A DNA stretch of 64,000 bases from an uncultured Alphaproteobacteria bacterium (lineage in GTDB: Bacteria; Pseudomonadota; Alphaproteobacteria; Rhizobiales; Afifellaceae). The translations under genes and the position numbers were made by a program. Positions within the stretch are counted from its first letter, which is position 1. The number at the start of each line of letters is the position of its first letter. The notes under the pieces are model-generated. The model worked only from the letters and a program-made list of their open reading frames with translations, ran no database searches and was not told the DNA's origin. The DNA lies in NCBI GenBank assembly GCA_963720705.1, contig CAVRGJ010000003.1, positions 33,488-97,487 on the forward strand. The letters run 5' to 3'. This document shows positions 43,388 through 54,882 of the stretch, in pieces.

Positions 43388-45751
43388 TTAGCCTAGATCG
43401 GCGTAGCGAAGCCTGAGCGCATTGGTGATGACGCTGACGGAAGAAAGCGCCATCGCCGCCGCCGCCACGACCGGCGAAAGCAGAAGCCCGAACACCGGAT
43501 AGAGCACGCCCGCGGCGATCGGCACGCCGGCGGAATTGTAGACGAAGGCGAAGACGAGGTTCTGCCGGATGTTGCGCATCGTCGCCTCCGACAGCCGCCG
43601 CGCCTTCAGGATCCCGGCGAGGTCACCCTTCACCAGCGTCACCGACGCGGCCTCGATCGCGATATCGGTGCCTGTCCCCATCGCGATTCCGATGTCGGCC
43701 GCGGCAAGCGCCGGCGCGTCGTTGACGCCGTCGCCGGCCATCGCGACGACGTGTCCCTCGCCGCGGATGCGCCGTACGACCTCGCTCTTGCGCTCCGGCA
43801 GAACTTCCGCCTCGACCTCGTCAATTCTGAGCCGCCGCGCAATCGCTTCGGCGGTCGTGCGGTTGTCGCCGGTCAGCATGACGACCCGCACGCCCTGGCG
43901 TTTCAAGGCCGCGATCACCTCCGCGCTCCCCGGCTTGATGGGATCGGCAATGCCGATGGCGCCAACCACCCTGCGGTCGACGGCAACGAAGATCGCCGTT
44001 GCGCCGTCCTTGCGGAGCGCTTCGGCTTCCGCCTCGCGCGGACCCGCGTCGATGCCGTTCTCGCCAAGGTAGGCGGCGTTGCCGATATGGACAGATCTTC
44101 CCTCGACCCGGGCGACGGCTCCCTTCCCCGTCGGCGAGTCAAACTCGGTCGCCGGGCGGAGGTCGATCCCGCGCTTCTCCGCTGCTTCGACGATCGCGCG
44201 GGCGAGCGGGTGCTCGCTGAGCCGCTCCACGCTCGCGGCGAAGCTCAAAACCTCGTTCTCGTCGACGCCCGCGACGGGAAGGATATCCGTGACCGTCGGC
44301 CGGCCCTCGGTCAGCGTGCCGGTCTTGTCGACGATCAGCGTGTCGACGCGCTCCATGCGCTCAAGCGCTTCAGCGTCGCGGATCAAGACGCCGGAGCGTG
44401 CACCATGGCCGACCCCGACCATGATCGACATCGGAGTCGCCAGGCCGAGCGCGCAGGGACAGGCGATGATGAGGACGGCAACCGCCGCCACGAGCCCGTA
44501 GGCGAGGCGCGGCGCCGGCCCGAACGCCGCCCATGACGCAAAGGCGATGATCGCGACGGCGATGACCGTCGGCACGAAAAAGGCCGACACCTGGTCTGCG
44601 AGACGCTGGATCGGTGCGCGGCTCCTCTGTGCGTCGGCGACGAGCTGGACGATGCGCTGAAGCAGTGTGTCGCTTCCGACCTTCTCGGCGCGCATGACGA
44701 CGCTGCCGGTCTGGTTAATCGTACCGCCAAGAATCTTGGCGCCGGCGGCCTTGGTGACCGGCATCGACTCGCCCGTCACCATGGATTCGTCGACGGCGCT
44801 CGCTCCCTCCACGACAATGCCGTCGACCGGCACGCTCTCACCTGGCCTGACGCGCAGTCGGTCGCCGACCACGACCTCGGCAAGCGGCACCTCCTCCTCC
44901 CCGCCGCCGGTCAGAAGCCGCCGCGCGGTCTTCGGGGCGAGATCGAGGAGCGCGCGGATTGCGCCGCTTGTCGTGTCGCGGGCACGAAGCTCAAGCACCT
45001 GGCCGAGCAGCACCAGAACCGTGATCATCGCCGCCGCTTCGAAGTAGACGGCGACCGTCCCGTGCGTTCCGCGGAATGCCGGCGGGAAAAGCCCGGGCGC
45101 GAAGGTCGCGACGACGCTGTAGAGCCAGGCGACGCCCGTTCCCATCGCGATCAGGGTGAACATGTTGAGATTGCGTGTGACGAGCGAGCGCCATCCGCGC
45201 GCAAAAAACGGCGCGCCGGCCCAAAGCACCACCGGCGTCGCAAAGGCGAGCTCGATCCAGTTGGAGAGCCTTGGCGCGATAATATGACTGAAATCGAAGA
45301 AATGGCCGCCCATTTCGAGCGCCACGACGGGGATCGCGAGCGCCAGCCCGATCCAGAGCCGGCGCTTCATGTCGATCAGCTCAAGGTTCGGACCGCTCTC
45401 AGTCGTTGCCGTCGCGGGCTCAAGCGCCATGCCGCAGATCGGACAGGCACCCGGCCCGACCTGGCGGATCTCGGGGTGCATCGGGCAGGTGTAGATCACG
45501 CCATCAGGCGCCGGCGTAGGCTTGGTTTCAGCCGGCGCGAGATAGCGCTCCGGGTCGGCGAGGAACTTCTCGCGACAGCCGCCGCAGCAGAAGACATACT
45601 TCGCGCCCCGATGCTCGGCCGAATGCCGGGCGGTGCGCGGGTCGACCTGCATGCCGCAAACGGGATCTTTCGCTTTCGCCGCACGCGCGTGGGTCTCGTG
45701 CGTGTGTTCCATCGCTTCCATCGCCGCTTTCGTTGTTCTTGCCTCAGGCAT
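43388..45751 (-). CDS. copA: Copper-translocating P1B-type ATPase
   Basis: 787 aa. N-terminal DPVCGMQV...CCGGCREKF (TRASH/YHS-like) and YTCPMHPE...CPICGM metal-binding motifs. TM CPC motif ([13 protein letters not shown]), [15 protein letters not shown]. The true start may be downstream of 45751 (see finding). Confidence 0.9.
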   Translation of the reverse strand: MPEARTTKAAMEAMEHTHETHARAAKAKDPVCGMQVDPRTARHSAEHRGAKYVFCCGGCREKFLADPERYLAPAETKPTPAPDGVIYTCPMHPEIRQVGPGACPICGMALEPATATTESGPNLELIDMKRRLWIGLALAIPVVALEMGGHFFDFSHIIAPRLSNWIELAFATPVVLWAGAPFFARGWRSLVTRNLNMFTLIAMGTGVAWLYSVVATFAPGLFPPAFRGTHGTVAVYFEAAAMITVLVLLGQVLELRARDTTSGAIRALLDLAPKTARRLLTGGGEEEVPLAEVVVGDRLRVRPGESVPVDGIVVEGASAVDESMVTGESMPVTKAAGAKILGGTINQTGSVVMRAEKVGSDTLLQRIVQLVADAQRSRAPIQRLADQVSAFFVPTVIAVAIIAFASWAAFGPAPRLAYGLVAAVAVLIIACPCALGLATPMSIMVGVGHGARSGVLIRDAEALERMERVDTLIVDKTGTLTEGRPTVTDILPVAGVDENEVLSFAASVERLSEHPLARAIVEAAEKRGIDLRPATEFDSPTGKGAVARVEGRSVHIGNAAYLGENGIDAGPREAEAEALRKDGATAIFVAVDRRVVGAIGIADPIKPGSAEVIAALKRQGVRVVMLTGDNRTTAEAIARRLRIDEVEAEVLPERKSEVVRRIRGEGHVVAMAGDGVNDAPALAAADIGIAMGTGTDIAIEAASVTLVKGDLAGILKARRLSEATMRNIRQNLVFAFVYNSAGVPIAAGVLYPVFGLLLSPVVAAAAMALSSVSVITNALRLRYADLG

Positions 45752-45757
45752 GTGGAG

Positions 45758-45780
45758 GTTCCAGCTACTGGAACGTCAAG
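45758..45780 (-). promoter_or_regulatory. Putative MerR/CueR-type operator inside the copA promoter
   Basis: The minus strand reads cTTGACGTTCCAGTAGCTGGAACctccacATG. The perfect dyad GTTCCAG-TAG-CTGGAAC abuts a TTGACG -35 box, the same layout as E. coli PcopA (TTGACCTTCC...GGAAGG with a 19-bp spacer). Confidence 0.45.
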
Positions 45781-45893
45781 AGCAGCTAACCCTATTGCGG
45801 GGCATCGCTCTTCGCCGCGCTTTCGCTCCAATCCGGTCATCAAAGCGGCCAGTCCGGATGTTTCTTGCGGCTTGGGCGGAAGGAGGATCGACG

Positions 45894-46061
45894 ATGAACG
45901 AGACCGTCCTTGCCCTGATGAGCGCGCTGGCGATCTATGGGTTGTCTTCGCTGGCTCTGTCGCGGCCCTACACAGACGCGCGCGACGATCCTTCCGACGT
46001 GCAGTCTGAGGAGATCGCGGACGTGACTCCGGCGCCACGGCCCGACGACTCGGCCGGCTGA
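45894..46061 (+). CDS. Small hypothetical protein (one hydrophobic segment, acidic tail)
   Basis: 55 aa (MNETVLALMSALAIYGLSSLALS...). Strong RBS ggaaGGAGGatcgacgATG. No family recognised. Confidence 0.35.
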   Translation: MNETVLALMSALAIYGLSSLALSRPYTDARDDPSDVQSEEIADVTPAPRPDDSAG

Positions 46062-46067
46062 GCAAAT

Positions 46068-46634
46068 TCACACGCGCCTGACCCTGACCTCGTCGTCCTC
46101 GAAGCTCGACGTAGCGAGCGCGGCGTTTTCGAGAGCCGTGCGAAGCTGAATCTGCGCTTCGCGTATCTGTTGCATGTGGACGACGGCCGGCTCGGCCTCG
46201 CTAGGCGTGCGCGCGCGCAGGAACCCAAGCCCGAGGATCGAGAGCGCGCCGAGCGTGACGAGAACGCCGGCCAGGAAGATCGACCAGTCGACCAGCGGCA
46301 TGGCGCTGTGCAGAGGCAGGCCGGCGAATCGGAAGGCTGCCGCGGCGAGGCCGGCGACCGGCATCGCGCCGACGATCGCGGCGGCGACCGCCCCGGCGCG
46401 CCAGGTCTGCTCCTGGAACCGCTCCTCGCGCGCGAAGATGAGCACCATGACCGACACGAAGGCGACCGTGCCGCAGAATGCAAGGAGTGCGCCCGTCGCC
46501 CGCTCGCCAGAGTTGGCGATGACGAGAAGCGCGCCGCCACCCCCTCCGATAACCAGGAAGCTGACGACGCTCGTTAAGAACGCCAGGGCGGTGATTGCCT
46601 TTTTCAACCACGCCTCCTCGGTTGTATCCCGCAC
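46068..46634 (-). CDS. Hypothetical integral membrane protein (4 predicted TM segments)
   Basis: 188 aa, hydrophobic segments separated by short loops, C-terminal amphipathic tail. No motif recognised. Confidence 0.55.
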   Translation of the reverse strand: MRDTTEEAWLKKAITALAFLTSVVSFLVIGGGGGALLVIANSGERATGALLAFCGTVAFVSVMVLIFAREERFQEQTWRAGAVAAAIVGAMPVAGLAAAAFRFAGLPLHSAMPLVDWSIFLAGVLVTLGALSILGLGFLRARTPSEAEPAVVHMQQIREAQIQLRTALENAALATSSFEDDEVRVRRV

Positions 46635-46794
46635 CTTTCCGCCGCGGCCGTATTAGAGCAATGCACGAAGCCGTTGGGTAGCCATCTGTGCCCTAAACGG
46701 CTAGAAATGAAAGTAAGGGTGCCGCATCGATACGGAGGCGGCCACACCACGCGCGGGCGACGACCCGCCCGAAGTATAAGACGGAGGAAAGCTG

Positions 46795-48156
46795 ATGAAA
46801 CTGTCTCATGCCTTGCTGGCATCGGCGTTTGGATTGGCGCTTGCCGCCGGTTCCGCCGCCGCTGCGGATCTAAAATTCCCAATCGACAGCGATCCGCGGT
46901 TCAATTGGCAAAGCTACCACGATTTTGCCGACAAATATGATCTGACCGGCCAGGACTTCACGATCTTCACACCCTGGGTCGCAGCCGACGGCGCGCTGGT
47001 CGAGAGCATGCTCGCCTATTTTGCCGCGGCGACCGGCGCGAACGTCCAGCACACCGGTTCCGATTCGTTCGAGCAGCAGGTCGTCATCGACACGCAGGCC
47101 GGTAGCCCCGCCAACATCTCGGTCTTCCCACAGCCGGGCCTTGCGGCCGACATCGCCTCGAAGGGCTATCTCTCGCCGCTCGACGACGCCACCAAGCAGT
47201 GGCTCATCGACAATTACGGCGCCGGCCAGTCATGGGTGGACCTCTCCACCTACAAGGACAAGGACGGCAACCCGCAGCTCTTCGCCTTCCCCTACAAGGC
47301 GGACCTGAAGAGCCTCGTCTGGTACGTGCCGGAGAACTTCGCCGACGCGGGCTACAAGGTCCCGCAGACGATGGAGGAACTGAAGGCGCTGACCCAGCAA
47401 ATCGTCGACGATGGCGGCACGCCTTGGTGCATCGGCATCGGCTCGCAGGCCGCGACCGGCTGGCCGGCGACCGACTGGGTCGAGGATTTCATGCTCAGGA
47501 CCCAGCCGCCCGACGTCTACGACAAGTGGGTCACGAACGAGATTCCCTTTGACGACCCGCGCGTTGTCGGGGCGATCGAGGAGTTCGGCTGGTTCGCCAA
47601 GAACGACAAGTTCGTCGACGGCGGGGCTGCGGCCGTCGCGGCGACCGACTTCCGCGACAGCCCGAAGGGCCTCTTCAGCTCGCCGCCCAAGTGCTACATG
47701 CACCGGCAGGCGTCGTTCATCCCCTCCTTCTTCCCAGAAGGAACGAAGCTCGGCCAGGACGCGAACTTCTTCTACTTCCCGGCCTATGCCGGCAAAGATC
47801 TTGGCAAGCCGGTTCTCGGCGGCGGCACGCTCTTCGCCATCACCAAGGACTCGCCCGCGGCGCGCGCCTTCATCGAGTGGCTGAAGACACCGATCGCGCA
47901 TGAAGTGTGGATGGCGCAGTCGGGCTTCCTGACCCCGTTCAAGGGCGTCAATCTCGACGCCTACGCAAACGACACGCTGCGCGGCGAAGGCAAGATCCTG
48001 TCCGAGGCGACGACCTTCCGCTTCGACGGATCGGACCTGATGCCAGGCAAGATCGGCGCCGGCTCGTTCTGGACCGGCATGGTCGACTATGTCGGCGGCA
48101 AGGACGCGAAGACCGTCGCGCATGAGATCCAGGAATCCTGGGACGCGCTGAAGTAG
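46795..48156 (+). CDS. Carbohydrate ABC transporter substrate-binding protein (CUT1; size and order resemble AglE-type alpha-glucoside systems)
   Basis: 453 aa. Signal peptide MKLSHALLASAFGLALAAGSAAA. First gene of an SBP-permease-permease-ATPase operon. Confidence 0.85.
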   Translation: MKLSHALLASAFGLALAAGSAAAADLKFPIDSDPRFNWQSYHDFADKYDLTGQDFTIFTPWVAADGALVESMLAYFAAATGANVQHTGSDSFEQQVVIDTQAGSPANISVFPQPGLAADIASKGYLSPLDDATKQWLIDNYGAGQSWVDLSTYKDKDGNPQLFAFPYKADLKSLVWYVPENFADAGYKVPQTMEELKALTQQIVDDGGTPWCIGIGSQAATGWPATDWVEDFMLRTQPPDVYDKWVTNEIPFDDPRVVGAIEEFGWFAKNDKFVDGGAAAVAATDFRDSPKGLFSSPPKCYMHRQASFIPSFFPEGTKLGQDANFFYFPAYAGKDLGKPVLGGGTLFAITKDSPAARAFIEWLKTPIAHEVWMAQSGFLTPFKGVNLDAYANDTLRGEGKILSEATTFRFDGSDLMPGKIGAGSFWTGMVDYVGGKDAKTVAHEIQESWDALK

Positions 48157-48293
48157 CCGCGCGACAACCAAGACTTGACCCGGGCCGCTTGGCCCGGGTC
48201 ATATGACAAACCGGCGACAGAGTCGGGCAAGAATTCGCGGCGGGGGCTACGGCGGTTTGCCGGCCCACCGGCTGCAAGGGAGGGGGAAACGCG

Positions 48294-49301
48294 ATGCAGC
48301 AGCTTCTGCTGGCGCTGTTCACCATCATCGTCGGTGTCGGAGGAGCGATCCTCTACTTCTACGCCGTCAACTGGATCCTCGATATTATCCTGCCGCCGCG
48401 CGGTCCCGCCGCAGTGGCCGCCCGCAACCAGCAGATCGCCGCCACGATCCGGCCGTGGCTGTTCCTCGGGCCGGCGCTCCTGTTTCTCTGCCTCTACCTC
48501 GTCTACCCGGTCATCGACTCCGTGCGGCTCAGCCTCTATGACCGCGCGGGCCAGAACTTCGTCGGTGTCTCCAACTACGTCTGGGCGTTCGGCGACACGC
48601 AGTTCCGGGAATCGATCTTCAACAACATTCTCTGGCTGATCGTGGTGCCGGCCGCATGCACGATCTTCGGCCTTGTCATCGCCTTCCTCACCGACCGCAT
48701 CTGGTGGGGCAACATCGCCAAGAGCCTGATCTTCATGCCGATGGCGATCTCGTTCGTCGGCGCCAGCGTGATCTGGAAGTTCATCTACGACTACCGCAGC
48801 GAAGGCTCGAACCAGATCGGCCTGATGAACGCCATCGTGCAGGCGCTCGGCGGCACGCCGGAAGCCTGGATATCGCTTCCCTTCTGGAACAACTTCTTCC
48901 TGATGGCGATCCTGATCTGGATTCAGACCGGCTTCGCCATGGTCATCCTCTCCGCGGCGCTGCGCGGCGTCCCTGAGGAGACCATCGAGGCGGCGATCAT
49001 CGACGGCGCCAAGGGCTACCACATCTTCTTCTACATCATGGTCCCGCAGATCTGGGGCACCATCGCGGTCGTGTGGACGACCATCACCATCATCGTCCTC
49101 AAGGTCTTCGACATCGTGCTCGCCATGACCAACGGCCAGTGGAACACCGAGGTGCTGGCCAACTTGATGTTCGACTGGATGTTCCGTGGCGGCGGCGATT
49201 TCGGGCGCGGCGCCACGATCGCCGTCATCATCATGGTCGCGGTCGTGCCGATCATGGTGTGGAATATCCGCCGCCAGGCCGCCGAGATGAAGGGACGCTG
49301 A
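48294..49301 (+). CDS. Carbohydrate ABC transporter permease (MalF/AglF-like)
   Basis: 335 aa, 6 TM. EAA-like loop AALRGVPEETIEAAIIDGA. Confidence 0.85.
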   Translation: MQQLLLALFTIIVGVGGAILYFYAVNWILDIILPPRGPAAVAARNQQIAATIRPWLFLGPALLFLCLYLVYPVIDSVRLSLYDRAGQNFVGVSNYVWAFGDTQFRESIFNNILWLIVVPAACTIFGLVIAFLTDRIWWGNIAKSLIFMPMAISFVGASVIWKFIYDYRSEGSNQIGLMNAIVQALGGTPEAWISLPFWNNFFLMAILIWIQTGFAMVILSAALRGVPEETIEAAIIDGAKGYHIFFYIMVPQIWGTIAVVWTTITIIVLKVFDIVLAMTNGQWNTEVLANLMFDWMFRGGGDFGRGATIAVIIMVAVVPIMVWNIRRQAAEMKGR

Positions 49302-49302
49302 G

Positions 49303-50445
49303 ATGGCCGCACGCAGCAAATCGAGCGGCTGGCTCGTTCATCTCGCGGTTCTCTTCCTCTGCGTTCTGTGGGTCCTTCCAACCTTCGGGCTTCTCGTCAG
49401 CTCGCTCCGCCAGAAAGACCTCCTGACGGTCTCAGGCTGGTGGAGCGCGCTCACCACGACGGAGCGCAACGAGGTCGGCCGCGCCGCGCCGATCGAGACG
49501 CAGAGCGAGCGTGACGGCAAATACGTCCTCTCCGGAAACATCCTCGAAGAACAGGGCGGCGGCCGGGTCACCGCCTTCGGCGCGCGCATCCAGAACCCGC
49601 AGGAATTCGCGCCCGGCGCGACTGCAGACCTGCCGACGGGCGGAACGCTAACGATCGACGCTGACGGCAACTACGAGCTCGTCTCGCCAACTCCATTTGA
49701 GGGGCGGAGTCCGCGCATCTTCTATACGGCTGCCCTTCCGCCGAAGTTCACGCTGTCAAACTACTACGAGGTGCTGACCTCCGAGGGGCTTGGCCAGTCC
49801 TTCCTGAACTCGCTCACCGTGACGGTGCCGGCGACGATCATCCCGATCCTGATCGCCGCCTACGCAGCCTATGCACTCGCCTGGATGAAATTCCCCGGGC
49901 GCCCGCTTATCCTCGCAACCATCGTCGGGCTCCTCGTCGTGCCGCTTCAGATGTCGCTGATCCCGCTTCTGAAGCTCTATAACGACGTCGGCGCGTTCTT
50001 CGGCATGCCGGCGAAGACCTATCTCGGCATCTGGCTCGCGCATACGGGCTTCGGTCTGCCGCTCGCGATCTATCTGCTTCGGAACTACATCGCCGGCCTT
50101 CCGACCGAGGTCATGGAATCGGCACGCATTGACGGCGCCACCGATTTCGAGATTTTCGTGCGCATCGTGCTGCCGCTCTCCGTCCCCGCGCTCGCGTCCT
50201 TTGCCATCTTCCAGTTCCTCTGGGTTTGGAATGACCTGCTCGTGGCGATCGTCTTCCTCGGGCAGCAAAGCTCGCAACTCGTGCTCACCGGAAAGCTTCG
50301 CGCACTACTCGGCTCGCGCGGGGACAATTGGGAAATTCTGACGGCCTCGGCGTTCATCTCGATCATCGTGCCGCTGATGGTGTTCTTCGCGTTGCAGCGC
50401 TACCTGGTGCGCGGGCTGCTCGCCGGCTCGGTGAAGGGCGGATGA
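49303..50445 (+). CDS. Carbohydrate ABC transporter permease (MalG/AglG-like, with a long periplasmic loop after TM1)
   Basis: 380 aa. EAA loop IAGLPTEVMESARIDGA. Start is 1 nt after the upstream stop. Confidence 0.85.
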   Translation: MAARSKSSGWLVHLAVLFLCVLWVLPTFGLLVSSLRQKDLLTVSGWWSALTTTERNEVGRAAPIETQSERDGKYVLSGNILEEQGGGRVTAFGARIQNPQEFAPGATADLPTGGTLTIDADGNYELVSPTPFEGRSPRIFYTAALPPKFTLSNYYEVLTSEGLGQSFLNSLTVTVPATIIPILIAAYAAYALAWMKFPGRPLILATIVGLLVVPLQMSLIPLLKLYNDVGAFFGMPAKTYLGIWLAHTGFGLPLAIYLLRNYIAGLPTEVMESARIDGATDFEIFVRIVLPLSVPALASFAIFQFLWVWNDLLVAIVFLGQQSSQLVLTGKLRALLGSRGDNWEILTASAFISIIVPLMVFFALQRYLVRGLLAGSVKGG

Positions 50446-50486
50446 TGCGGCCGGCGGGTCGAGGCAGGACTTAAAGGGGAAGGCAG

Positions 50487-51581
50487 ATGGCCGAGATTCG
50501 GTTGCGCGACGTCAAGAAGTCCTTCGGCGCGGTCGACGTCATCAAGGGCGTCGATCTGGACATCAAGAAGGGCGAGTTCGTCGTATTCGTCGGACCTTCC
50601 GGGTGCGGCAAGTCCACGCTTCTGCGCCTGATCTCCGGGCTTGAGGATATCACCTCCGGCACGCTCGAATTCGACGGCGAGGTGGTGAACGACCTGCCGC
50701 CGTCGACCCGCGGCATCGCCATGGTGTTTCAGTCCTACGCGCTCTATCCGCACATGACCGTCTACAACAACATGGCGTTCGGAATGAAGCTCGCCAAGGC
50801 GAGCAAAGCCGATATCGACAAGAGCGTGCGCTCCGCCGCCGATATCCTGCAGCTGACCCCTCTCCTCGACCGCCTGCCGAAGCAGCTTTCCGGCGGCCAG
50901 CGCCAGCGCGTCGCGATCGGCCGCGCCATCGTCAGGAATCCGCGGGTCTTCCTGTTCGACGAGCCGCTCTCCAACCTCGACGCGGCGCTTCGCGTCGCGA
51001 CCCGCATCGAGATCGCCAAGCTGCACGAGTCGATGTCGGACGTAACGATGATTTACGTGACGCACGACCAGGTGGAGGCGATGACGCTCGCCGACCGCAT
51101 CGTCGTCCTGAGCGCGGGCCTGATTGAGCAAGTCGGATCGCCGATGCAGCTCTATCACACGCCCGCCAACCTCTTCGTTGCCCGCTTCATCGGCTCGCCG
51201 GCCATGAACGTATCGCCCTGCGTGGTGGAAAGTGCCGGCGCCACTTCTCGGGTGAAGACCGAGACGGGTGGATCGGTGAAGGTGCCCGTGAACATTCCGG
51301 CGAGCGCGGTCGGGAGGAAATGTACGCTTGGTGTGCGGCCGGAAGATCTCCGAGTGGCGACCGACGCCAACCCGATCTTCCGTGGCAAGCTCCTGCTGGT
51401 CGAAAATCTCGGCGAGGTCGCGCTGCTCTACGTCGATTGCGGCAACCCGCAAGACCCGATCATCGCCAAGCTCGACGGCACGGTGCAAATGGATCGCGGC
51501 ACGACGGTCGGCCTCACCGCCGATACGAACGCCCTCCACTGCTTCGATGAGAAGGGGCTCGCCTTCCCACGCACGGACTGA
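50487..51581 (+). CDS. Sugar ABC transporter ATP-binding protein (MalK/UgpC/AglK-like)
   Basis: 364 aa. GPSGCGKST, LSGGQRQRVAIGRA, LFDEPLSNLDA, C-terminal TOBE-like domain. Confidence 0.9.
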   Translation: MAEIRLRDVKKSFGAVDVIKGVDLDIKKGEFVVFVGPSGCGKSTLLRLISGLEDITSGTLEFDGEVVNDLPPSTRGIAMVFQSYALYPHMTVYNNMAFGMKLAKASKADIDKSVRSAADILQLTPLLDRLPKQLSGGQRQRVAIGRAIVRNPRVFLFDEPLSNLDAALRVATRIEIAKLHESMSDVTMIYVTHDQVEAMTLADRIVVLSAGLIEQVGSPMQLYHTPANLFVARFIGSPAMNVSPCVVESAGATSRVKTETGGSVKVPVNIPASAVGRKCTLGVRPEDLRVATDANPIFRGKLLLVENLGEVALLYVDCGNPQDPIIAKLDGTVQMDRGTTVGLTADTNALHCFDEKGLAFPRTD

Positions 51582-51621
51582 GCATCGACCTTCTCCTACG
51601 AGGTGAAGGTCACGGCGCGCC

Positions 51622-52290
51622 CTATTCCAGAACAACCGCGAGCGCGAAGCCGTCGTGCCCTTTGACGCCCACGGTCTGGATCGCCGTCGCGCTGACGCGC
51701 TTTTCGCGGGCCATGACCTCCAGAAAATGCTGCACGCCTTTCACGTTCGGGTCGGTGCTCTTGCGGTCGGTGATCTCGCCCCAGCGCACGACGTTGTCGG
51801 CGACGATGACGCTTCCCTTGCGCGAGAGCTTCAGCGCCCATTCGAAATAGGCCGGGTTGTTCGGCTTGTCGGCGTCGAGAAAGACGAAGTCGAACGGCCC
51901 GGCGCGCTCCTTTGCGAGCTTCGGAAGCGTGTCGAGTGCCGCCCCGACGCGCACCTCGACCTTTTCGGCAAGACCGGCGTTCGCAAGATTCTTGCGCGCG
52001 ACTTCGGCGTGTTTCATGTCAGCCTCGAGCGTGAAGAGCTTGCCGTCCTTAGGAAGCGCACGGGCGAGCCAGATCGTGGAATAGCCGCCGAGCGTCCCGA
52101 CCTCCAGAATGCGCCGCGCTCCGGCCATTTTAGCAAGCAGCATCAACAGCTTGCCCTGGCTGGGCGAGACCTCGATCGCGGGCAATCCGGCCTTTTCGCT
52201 CGCCGCGAGCGCGGCATTAAGCGCGGGGTCGGGATTCACAAAGAGGTCGGCGATGAAGGTGTCGACCTCGCTCCATTTCTTGTCGGTCAC
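51622..52290 (-). CDS. Class I SAM-dependent O-methyltransferase (family 3, caffeoyl-CoA OMT-like)
   Basis: ILEVGTLGGYSTIWLA SAM motif and FDFVFLDADKPNN. The GTG at 52290 is preferred because the longer ORF (to 52353) translates the REP element. Confidence 0.8.
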   Translation of the reverse strand: MTDKKWSEVDTFIADLFVNPDPALNAALAASEKAGLPAIEVSPSQGKLLMLLAKMAGARRILEVGTLGGYSTIWLARALPKDGKLFTLEADMKHAEVARKNLANAGLAEKVEVRVGAALDTLPKLAKERAGPFDFVFLDADKPNNPAYFEWALKLSRKGSVIVADNVVRWGEITDRKSTDPNVKGVQHFLEVMAREKRVSATAIQTVGVKGHDGFALAVVLE

Positions 52291-52320
52291 GCGAGCCCTT
52301 CGCCGTTGCACACGACTATT

Positions 52321-52420
52321 GTTGTCATTGCCGAGCTTGACCCGGCAGCCCATTCCGTTGCGCTGCCACTTGCTCGATAGTCACGGAATGGATGCCCGGA
52401 TCAAGTCCGGGCATGACGAC
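52321..52420. repeat. REP/MITE-like inverted-repeat element, family A copy 2
   Basis: gtcattgccgagcttgacccggcagcccattccgt ... acggaatggatgcccggatcaagtccgggcatgac. Same arm consensus and same ~100-bp architecture as 11051..11150. Intergenic. Confidence 0.7.
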
Positions 52421-52458
52421 AGTTGGGGTACCGACGCGCTCAGTGCGCGAGGGCTCTC

Positions 52459-53769
<1,311 letters not shown>

Positions 53770-53866
53770 CTAGGCGAAGTCGCCGCAGAGCGAAAGGAGC
53801 GCGAAGGTTTTTTTGCCGCATGGCACGCTGCGGACCGGAATTCGGCCAGTCCGCAGCCGCCGTTCC

Positions 53867-54130
53867 TCAGGCACTGTGCCGGATGCGGGTGGCCATCAGG
53901 TTCCCCATGTGGTCTTGGTAGTACACCTTCACCTTCTCACCGGACTTGAACGCGTGCAGCTTCCAGCTCGTCGGGAGCTGGAAGACCTTCCCGTCGTCCA
54001 GGGCGAGCTGGTGAGCTTTCAGGTCGATCGACTTGATCGCCGACGTGTCAGTCGTCGCCGTGGCGGCGAACGCGCCTCCGGTCATGATACCGAGAGCAAG
54101 AACGGATGCGCAAATAGGCCATATCTTCAT
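53867..54130 (-). CDS. Small secreted DUF1344-like protein
   Basis: 87 aa. Signal peptide, then IKSIDLKAHQLALDDGKVFQLPTSWKLHAFKSGEKVKVYY. Paralog of 54286..54537. Confidence 0.65.
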   Translation of the reverse strand: MKIWPICASVLALGIMTGGAFAATATTDTSAIKSIDLKAHQLALDDGKVFQLPTSWKLHAFKSGEKVKVYYQDHMGNLMATRIRHSA

Positions 54131-54285
54131 GGTGATGTCCTCAAATCATCGCCGGCGGCCCGGGCGCCTTGTCCCGGCTTCACGCCAGCATCAAGACTTC
54201 TAAGGCACGCCTCGGCGTCCTAACCGAAGCGCTGAGAACCGTTGGGCCGAGCCGCGGGGACGGCCTGGCCCAACGGTCCGCCGGT

Positions 54286-54537
54286 TCAGCTAGCGTGCGC
54301 CACCGCGCTCGCTTCCATCTTGCCGTTCTTCATCTCGTAGGTGACCGTGACCTTGTCACCGACCTTGAATCCGGTCGGCTTCCAGGCCGCGGGCAATTCG
54401 AAAACCTTGCCGTCGGCAAGCGACAGCTGGTGCTTGGCGGCGTCGATCACCTTGATCGCGCCGGTGTCGGCTGCGGCGAACGCCGCGGTGGAGATCATGG
54501 AAGCGGCAACAGCCGCGATCACGAGGGATTTGCGCAT
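54286..54537 (-). CDS. Small secreted DUF1344-like protein (tandem paralog)
   Basis: 83 aa. Signal peptide, then IKVIDAAKHQLSLADGKVFELPAAWKPTGFKVGDKVTVTY. Confidence 0.65.
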   Translation of the reverse strand: MRKSLVIAAVAASMISTAAFAAADTGAIKVIDAAKHQLSLADGKVFELPAAWKPTGFKVGDKVTVTYEMKNGKMEASAVAHAS

Positions 54538-54780
54538 TGTGCGCTCCTCTTTGCCCTTCGCTGGCGACCAGGGCCCTTTGTCCTGGCCTGAATGACCAGC
54601 GGGCGGACGCTACTTCCGGTTACTTGTGGACAGCAAATGAACAAAAGATAATGTTCTTCACATCTAGTCAAATCGCAAAAGTATTCTTTTGCCAGGTATT
54701 TGCCATGATTTCAACACAGCTTGGACGGATCGGTGGCGGTTCTTAGCCAGCGCATCTCTTTGCTGCTGAATCGCATAAAA

Positions 54781-54806
54781 GGAACCATCTCGACCGCACC
54801 CTCGTT
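54781..54806 (+). promoter_or_regulatory. Putative EcfG-type (general stress response sigma factor) promoter
   Basis: GGAAC (54781-85), a 17-nt spacer, CGTT (54803-06). Lies ~77 nt upstream of the DUF892 start. Matches the alphaproteobacterial GGAAC-N16/17-CGTT consensus. Confidence 0.45.
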
Positions 54807-54882
54807 TCGAGAGGCAACCGCGTCTGATCATGACATCTGCGCGCGAGACGTTTCACCTTAGCTTCGAGGAGCATCGCAAGCC

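Noticed and set aside
54238-54277. 11-bp-stem hairpin (accgttgggcc ... ggcccaacggt) between the two DUF1344 genes, considered as an intrinsic terminator
   Set aside because: No U-tract follows on the relevant (minus) strand and the loop is long (~18 nt). It could be structural, but a terminator call is not supported.
54600-54720. AT-rich stretch considered as a small RNA gene
   Set aside because: No promoter/terminator pair or conserved structure is recognisable. It is more simply a divergent promoter region.
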